Virus record (IMG/VR): IMGVR_UViG_3300048925_000129
Reading direction: 5' to 3' (one strand)
DNA from: a virus
Length of the DNA: 64,000 nucleotides
In this document: positions 58,941 to 64,000 of the stretch, piece after piece
Numbering within the stretch: the first letter of the stretch is position 1
Layout of the letters: every line of letters begins with the position of its first letter
Program-made: the position numbers and the translations under genes
The notes under the pieces: generated by a model
Database searches by the model: none
What the model saw: the letters and a program-made list of their open reading frames with translations, nothing else
What the model was told of the DNA's origin: nothing

Positions 58941-59885
58941 TTAATCTTTTGTTAAAATTCCTTCTTTTTCAAGGATTATTATTAGTTTTTGTTCTAACTC
59001 ATCAAGAGTTCCGTCATTGATGATCGTGTAATCCCAATTCTGATAATTATCAAGGGCATACTCTGAAATTGGTTCATTTTGTCTCATGTCTTTCTTATAA
59101 GCAGCTTCTGCCTCTTCTTTAGAGTATCTACCAGCATTGAATCTATAAACCTTACCAGTTCTATCCTCTTTATCAGAAAATTCATGCTTACCATCTTCTG
59201 TATCTTCCAGGAATCTATAGAACCAAGGTCTTTCAATTCTGATCAGAATTCCTTCTCTTTCCTTAATAGCTTTAGCTTCGTTAGGGAATCTACAATCAGT
59301 TACAATCCAGTTAGGATATTTGTCAGGAGCATTTTCTACACATTCTTTACACATCCATTGTCTCTTATATCCAGAGAAAGGTTTACCACATTCAGAACAA
59401 GCAGCATGTCTATAAACCTCTGACCAATTTTTAAGATCGTGAGCTTTAGGTTTTTCAAATGGTTTGTAATCTGACATCAAACTATTGACCCAAATTTCAG
59501 GATGGATCATATCTCTCATACAATCAGTCCCAATAACTTGAAGGAGTTTTCTTGGAGTCATTCTAACTAACTTAGGAGTGTAGTATCCTCCATGACTTTC
59601 CTCAGCTTCTTTATAAGTTGTATAATATGTGGTATCAAATTGAGAAGTTATTTCCCATTTATCCCATACTGGAGGAAGAATTCTATTTTTAAAATCTTCA
59701 TCTTCCAGTAAGCTCCTATCTACTCCAAGTAAAAGAGCTACTATTTGCTTTAGTTTCTCAGCAAATTTTTTATTTTCCCAAGTATTAAAGTAAGTAACTT
59801 CACTACTGTGAGCAGTTAACCTTTGGATGATTTTACAAACTTCATCTTTACCCGACTGTTTCTTAGCCGACAAACCTATTATCAT
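58941..59885 (-). CDS. deoxynucleoside monophosphate kinase
   Basis: IIGLS.KKQSGKD, FAEKLK, TPR.LLQ.IGTD and TDCRFPNE motifs (T4 gp1-like). Confidence 0.85.
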   Translation of the reverse strand: MIIGLSAKKQSGKDEVCKIIQRLTAHSSEVTYFNTWENKKFAEKLKQIVALLLGVDRSLLEDEDFKNRILPPVWDKWEITSQFDTTYYTTYKEAEESHGGYYTPKLVRMTPRKLLQVIGTDCMRDMIHPEIWVNSLMSDYKPFEKPKAHDLKNWSEVYRHAACSECGKPFSGYKRQWMCKECVENAPDKYPNWIVTDCRFPNEAKAIKEREGILIRIERPWFYRFLEDTEDGKHEFSDKEDRTGKVYRFNAGRYSKEEAEAAYKKDMRQNEPISEYALDNYQNWDYTIINDGTLDELEQKLIIILEKEGILTKD

Positions 59886-60430
59886 TTTATTTTTTTATTT
59901 TTATACGTTAAACCTTTATTCCACGGAGTTTCCCCCTTTTTAAATTCTCCATTAGGATTTGCTCTTATACCCTTTTTAGAGTTAGCATAACATACCTTGG
60001 AGCAATACTTCTTTATTCCTATTCTACTAGGACTAATTTTGAAGTTTTTCCCACATTGTTGACAGTCAATAAATGTGTTTGTATCCTGAGGAACCTTTCG
60101 TCCTTTCTTAAATGATGTTTGATTTGCAAAAGTGGCTCCATCACCCCCCCAAGTATAATTAAGGAGATCAAATCCCCAGGTTTTAAATTGGGAGATCCAA
60201 TAAACTTCCCAAAACTGCCAATCGTCAATTGGAACCACATCTACCACTTCTACAATAGGTTTTAACCCTTTTTGTTTCAGAGAGTTTATCCAAGCTAATT
60301 TATGAGGAGTGTGCCTCTTAGCTCTATTCATATGGTTACTGAACCTATCAAGTACATTATTGGCTTTACCAACATATCTAACCTGATCTGTAATAGGATC
60401 TATCAGAACATAAATGTTTGTAGTTTCCAT
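59882..60430 (-). mobile_element. free-standing GIY-YIG homing endonuclease gene
   Basis: IYVL...YVGK, R...H, conserved E and N; C-terminal CxxC/CxxxC zinc finger and FKKG..PWNKG module. Confidence 0.8.
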
Positions 60431-60933
60431 TACTTATCATAAATTACCACAGTTACATCACATTCGGATAACTCTTCCTGAATAATTTTTTTGATCTTGT
60501 TCCAATCACCACCAGCTAAACCAGCTCCAATTTGAGGCAGTCCAATATGTCTACCTTTAAACCTGTGATTGATCTTTCTCATACATAAGGTGAATGCCTC
60601 ATAATCAAATGGCATATGTTCTCCGTCAGTATGATTTCTTCCATACTTATACTGAGTATAAGCATTGACCACATATAAGTAGTCTTCATCAGGGATTTCT
60701 CCTGTAGATGAGTATTCACCAAGTATGTAAGCATAATCAATGTTACCTAACTTTTCAATATTTCCAGGATGTTCCAGTTCTCTAGGAAACTTATCACATC
60801 CAAAAGCTTTAGCCATTTGAGGAGCAATACCTGCCCCCATTTTTGAGAAGCAGTTCACTCCATGTACTATTACGTTAAAGTTTCCCTCTTGTGCTAATTT
60901 TATTAAATCCCCCTTTACTTCTTTGTAGTTCAT
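60430..60933 (-). CDS. macrodomain ADP-ribose-processing protein
   Basis: GDL, HGVNC, MGAGIA and PQIGAGLAGGDW motifs. Confidence 0.9.
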   Translation of the reverse strand: MNYKEVKGDLIKLAQEGNFNVIVHGVNCFSKMGAGIAPQMAKAFGCDKFPRELEHPGNIEKLGNIDYAYILGEYSSTGEIPDEDYLYVVNAYTQYKYGRNHTDGEHMPFDYEAFTLCMRKINHRFKGRHIGLPQIGAGLAGGDWNKIKKIIQEELSECDVTVVIYDK

Positions 60934-61450
60934 AAATTTGTTTAATTTTGTTTAAAAATTCTTTATTAGAATAATCCATCTTCATAATGTTACACTGAGT
61001 ACAACAAGGAACTAAATTAGATAGTGTATAACCTCTGGTTGAATCAATTCTGTCAATTCCAATGGTTTTAATTTCATCTCCACAGTAGAAACAATCTTTT
61101 TGCCAAAAGGATGCAAACTCCTCATCTGTTAGTAACCAATCAAACCCTCTCTTAGTAGCACTAACTTTATATGACAAAAGTCTTCCGTTAAATGTCTGTC
61201 TCCACTTTGAGTTATTGGCTAAGATTACTTCCTTATTTTGTTTGTAATAATCCCTTTTCTTAGATCTTGACTCTTCCTTGTGAGTTAGTCTGTAATTTCT
61301 TCTTGTTTCATTATATGAGGATTCTCTTTTTTTATTGTCCTGTTTTTGACATTCGATACACCAGGATCTTAACCCATCAGTTTTTCTTTTGTCTTTATAG
61401 AATTCAGTAGCAGGTTTTTCTACCTTACATTTAGTACAAATCTTATTCAT
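60875..61450 (-). mobile_element. free-standing HNH-type homing endonuclease gene
   Basis: N-terminal CxxC...CxxC finger; CFYCG...GIDRID...GY...N.VPCC..CN..K; start moved to ATG 61450. Confidence 0.8.
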
Positions 61451-61463
61451 TTTTATTATTTTA

Positions 61464-61497
61464 TGCAAAGATAAAACATAAATTGCCTTTACACAAG
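61464..61497 (-). promoter_or_regulatory. Bacteroidota promoter
   Basis: Minus strand CTTG...TATCTTTGCA. Confidence 0.7.
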
Positions 61498-61530
61498 TTT
61501 CTAAAAATTTCTAAAAGTTGCAGCCATGTG

Positions 61531-61830
61531 TTATTCTTTTATTTTAAAGTATTCGAACCATGTAGGCTCATTGTTAGAAGATATCCCTAACCCAGAGACA
61601 GCCTCTGTACTAAAAAGGACATAACCCTCATCAGATTTTGAAATATTAACTGCATCAGTCACTCTATCTGCATTGAATAGTTTTATAGTAATCCATTTTT
61701 CGTAAGTATACCCAGTTTTAAAAGTAACATTACTTCTTATAACCACCCCATAGGAGTACACATCACGGAGATCTTCTAGGTATGCTTCATAGATACCATC
61801 AGGAAGACTAAATAGTTCATCTAATGTCAT
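61531..61830 (-). CDS. hypothetical protein
   Basis: Start moved to ATG 61830 (ATGA overlap with the upstream stop). Confidence 0.55.
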   Translation of the reverse strand: MTLDELFSLPDGIYEAYLEDLRDVYSYGVVIRSNVTFKTGYTYEKWITIKLFNADRVTDAVNISKSDEGYVLFSTEAVSGLGISSNNEPTWFEYFKIKE

Positions 61831-62195
61831 GAGATCATAAGTATTAACCAAATTAATGTAATGTAGTGAGCAACTTGATCGGCTCCTACAATGACGAACC
61901 CATTATGAAAATCCTGAGCTTCAAATAGAGGTTTACTCAGTCGGCTGGTAATCCAGTCAGTTACATAGTGAGTAATGAAAATAAAGCCTGTTCCAAGGAC
62001 CGTAGCCCAAAAACCATAGTGACACATCAACCAAACAAACCAGACCAAAGAATAGGTCAATACGTGCTTGAATAAGTCTCTATTAATAAATGCCCAACCC
62101 TTACCTTTCCCAGTTGCCTGTTCGTGGGTTTGTAATCCGAAATCTGCCAAGAAATGTATTAGCAGAATTTCAATAAATAATTGCCAACTTTCCAT
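61827..62195 (-). CDS. DUF3307-like membrane protein
   Basis: HFLADF.LQT, KH, HYVTD and DQVAH motifs in hydrophobic helices. Confidence 0.75.
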   Translation of the reverse strand: MESWQLFIEILLIHFLADFGLQTHEQATGKGKGWAFINRDLFKHVLTYSLVWFVWLMCHYGFWATVLGTGFIFITHYVTDWITSRLSKPLFEAQDFHNGFVIVGADQVAHYITLIWLILMIS

Positions 62196-62198
62196 AAT

Positions 62199-62396
62199 TT
62201 AAAATCCTTTTTCAATTCCTGCCCAGGCTGCTCCAATAAACATAAGAATCATTAAGGTTCCAACGGCAATTGGAAAAATTCTTGGGTGCTCAGTTAGGTA
62301 TTCTGAAATAGCATCCATTTTATTAAATACCAAAGCCAGACCCATTGCAAGTAAAAGTAGGAAAGAAATTCCCACTAAAATCTGTAGTAAAATCAT
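62199..62396 (-). CDS. two-TM small membrane protein
   Basis: Two hydrophobic helices; first gene after a promoter. Confidence 0.6.
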   Translation of the reverse strand: MILLQILVGISFLLLLAMGLALVFNKMDAISEYLTEHPRIFPIAVGTLMILMFIGAAWAGIEKGF

Positions 62397-62414
62397 AATT
62401 TTATTTTTTAGTTA

Positions 62415-62454
62415 TGCAAATGTAGAAAAAATCCCTCACATATGCAAGGGATTT
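62415..62454 (-). promoter_or_regulatory. Bacteroidota promoter overlapping a terminator hairpin
   Basis: Minus strand CTTG...TACATTTGCA; aaatccct...agggattt stem. Confidence 0.7.
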
Positions 62455-62469
62455 AATGTTAAATATATG

Positions 62470-63393
62470 TTAAAACAATTCAATAACTGTTAGATCTTTA
62501 GGTTCAAGTTCAAAACTATCTCTTCCGAAGTAAGTATCAAACTTACTATTAGTTGTATAAACCTTATCAAAATAGTCGGTTACTGGGTCCTGACCAAGTT
62601 CTTCCACAGTTAAGTGACTTACAGCTAAGTAGATTTTACCACAGTTTTTTTCTTTCAATAATTTAGCAAGTCCTTTAAAAGTCCCACCATAGATACATAA
62701 ATCATCTACAATAAGAACGTCTTTACCTCCAAAATCCTCTCTATCAACTATTTGAGTCAAATGAGTGTGCCCTTCTTCAAACTTTCTTGCTTTAGAAGCA
62801 GAGTAAGTTTCTCCATCCCATTGTAGCTTGTCAGCTAATTTCATTAGAGGTTTGAAACCTCCAGCATCAGAAGACATTAAGATCAGGTTTTGTTCCAGGT
62901 TTTCATCAGTTTCTTTCAGCTCTTCTAGCACTTTAGAGATGAAGAAGTAGTTGTCCAGAATGTTTACATTATCAATTAAGGCTTCTACAACTTCGGCATT
63001 ATGAGGGTGGAAAATCTGAATTTGACTAAACCCTTGCATAGAATTCAAGAATTGACAAACCACTTTTAATCCAGCAGGCTGATTTGGAGCAAATCTCCTA
63101 TCTGCCTGAGCATCAATAAGGTTTGGAATGCAAAGAGAGATTTTTCTTTTCTGTCTTACCAAAACATCATTTATCTGAGCCAATGTCCAAAGATCATTAT
63201 AATCATTAACTCTGAAAGTTAATTGTGTTCCAGTGTGAACAATTACATATTGGCTACCATCTGGATAGTGTTTGATCTCATATTTAAGATCAGGAGAAGT
63301 TAGGTAGGTTGATCCGAATTCTAAAGATCCACCTGTTAAGGCTAGAACTTGATTGTCTTTTACTTTTATTTCTGTATCCCAAGGAAATCTCAT
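62470..63393 (-). CDS. ribose-phosphate pyrophosphokinase-like enzyme (Prs / phage Adps-like)
   Basis: YPDG, AQADRRF, SDAGG, IVDDLCIYGGTF, YLAVSH and YTTNS motifs. Confidence 0.85.
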   Translation of the reverse strand: MRFPWDTEIKVKDNQVLALTGGSLEFGSTYLTSPDLKYEIKHYPDGSQYVIVHTGTQLTFRVNDYNDLWTLAQINDVLVRQKRKISLCIPNLIDAQADRRFAPNQPAGLKVVCQFLNSMQGFSQIQIFHPHNAEVVEALIDNVNILDNYFFISKVLEELKETDENLEQNLILMSSDAGGFKPLMKLADKLQWDGETYSASKARKFEEGHTHLTQIVDREDFGGKDVLIVDDLCIYGGTFKGLAKLLKEKNCGKIYLAVSHLTVEELGQDPVTDYFDKVYTTNSKFDTYFGRDSFELEPKDLTVIELF

Positions 63394-63394
63394 A

Positions 63395-64000
63395 TTATTT
63401 ATATTTTTCGTTAAACTTTTTTAAAATGTCTAAAAGGAATGGGTCCAGTTTAGACTCTACATATCTTTTGTCTTCTTCTGTAATGTCGTTGTAGTAGTTT
63501 GCACAAAGTTCAGCAGCTATACTGGCATTTGTATCAGTATCACCACCAGCTTTTACAGCTAGTTCAATTGCTTCATGAGTACTATTAGTTTTTCTTACAA
63601 CTTTACCAACAAAATTAATGCTGGTCTCAGCTGAGGAGTCAAACTTCTCAAACTTAGGTACAGCTAAATCATCATACCTTCCCCCTTTTTGCCTTCTTTT
63701 TATAATGCCCATTTGGGTTCCTAAGAACATATACCCTTTTACAGCCTCATATACTTCTGGAGAAAAATGGGAGGAAAAGGCAGATTCTAGAGCAATAAAT
63801 TGGGCAAAACCAGAGTCTTTAAATCCATATAAAATAGGACCTAATCTCATAAGTGCACCATTCCCCCATGAATTCCCTGTAGTACCTTCTGGAGATTGAA
63901 GCCATTCTTTAAATTTTGATCCATAGTAATCCCCTTGATAAAGGAAACCAAACCTCTTATATATGTCTTCAAAGTCATCCTTATCTGGATGATCATACTC
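63395..64000 (-). CDS. ADP-ribosylglycohydrolase (DraG/ARH family), 5'-truncated
   Basis: Frame open to the window edge; reads ...YGSKFKEW...NSWGNGALMR..P...GGDTDTNASIA. Confidence 0.9.
   Translation of the reverse strand, partial: EYDHPDKDDFEDIYKRFGFLYQGDYYGSKFKEWLQSPEGTTGNSWGNGALMRLGPILYGFKDSGFAQFIALESAFSSHFSPEVYEAVKGYMFLGTQMGIIKRRQKGGRYDDLAVPKFEKFDSSAETSINFVGKVVRKTNSTHEAIELAVKAGGDTDTNASIAAELCANYYNDITEEDKRYVESKLDPFLLDILKKFNEKYK

Noticed and set aside
5051-63899. Short antisense or nested ORFs in the ORF track (e.g. 5051, 9278, 37826, 40553, 59079, 63618)
   Set aside because: They are shadows of long coding genes, with no motifs or promoters
1-64000. Stop-codon reassignment, as in some crAss-like phages
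   Set aside because: Giant ORFs are intact in the standard code, and TAG/TGA end genes at sensible boundaries
1-64000. tRNA genes, CRISPR arrays, introns or inteins
   Set aside because: Intergenic gaps are short and explained by promoters or terminators; no regular repeat-spacer pattern; thyA and dnaB are uninterrupted

Overview
A 64-kb segment of a large AT-rich dsDNA phage infecting a Bacteroidota host. The host call rests on repeated TTTG-N19-21-TAnnTTTG host-type promoters and A-rich leaders without Shine-Dalgarno sites. The layout resembles crAss-like/Flavobacteriia podoviruses. Positions 1-51470 (+) hold the virion module: head/tail proteins, Cys-rich fibre proteins, a modular receptor-binding cassette (two SGNH esterases, one beta-helix), a GH108 lysis cassette, a T5 A1-like nuclease, ring and muzzle tail proteins, and about 7,500 aa of putative ejected cargo proteins. 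Positions 51483-64000 (-) hold SF2 and DnaB-like helicases, RlpA-like, GroEL, ThyA, dNMP kinase, two homing endonucleases, a macrodomain, a Prs/Adps-like enzyme and an ADP-ribosylglycohydrolase. The strongest signals are several apparent plug-and-socket links between gene products. (1) The six cargo proteins contain only four cysteines, all at the termini of three consecutive giant proteins, suggesting a head-to-tail disulfide-linked ejection train. (2) Ig/cadherin-like fibre subunits lack their last beta-strand while neighbouring genes begin with that strand, as in donor-strand complementation. (3) A fibre motif is split twice at the same adapter/enzyme gene boundary. (4) Recurrent xxxGG motifs may be polyprotein processing sites. 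All calls come from motif recognition by eye; no database searches were run.
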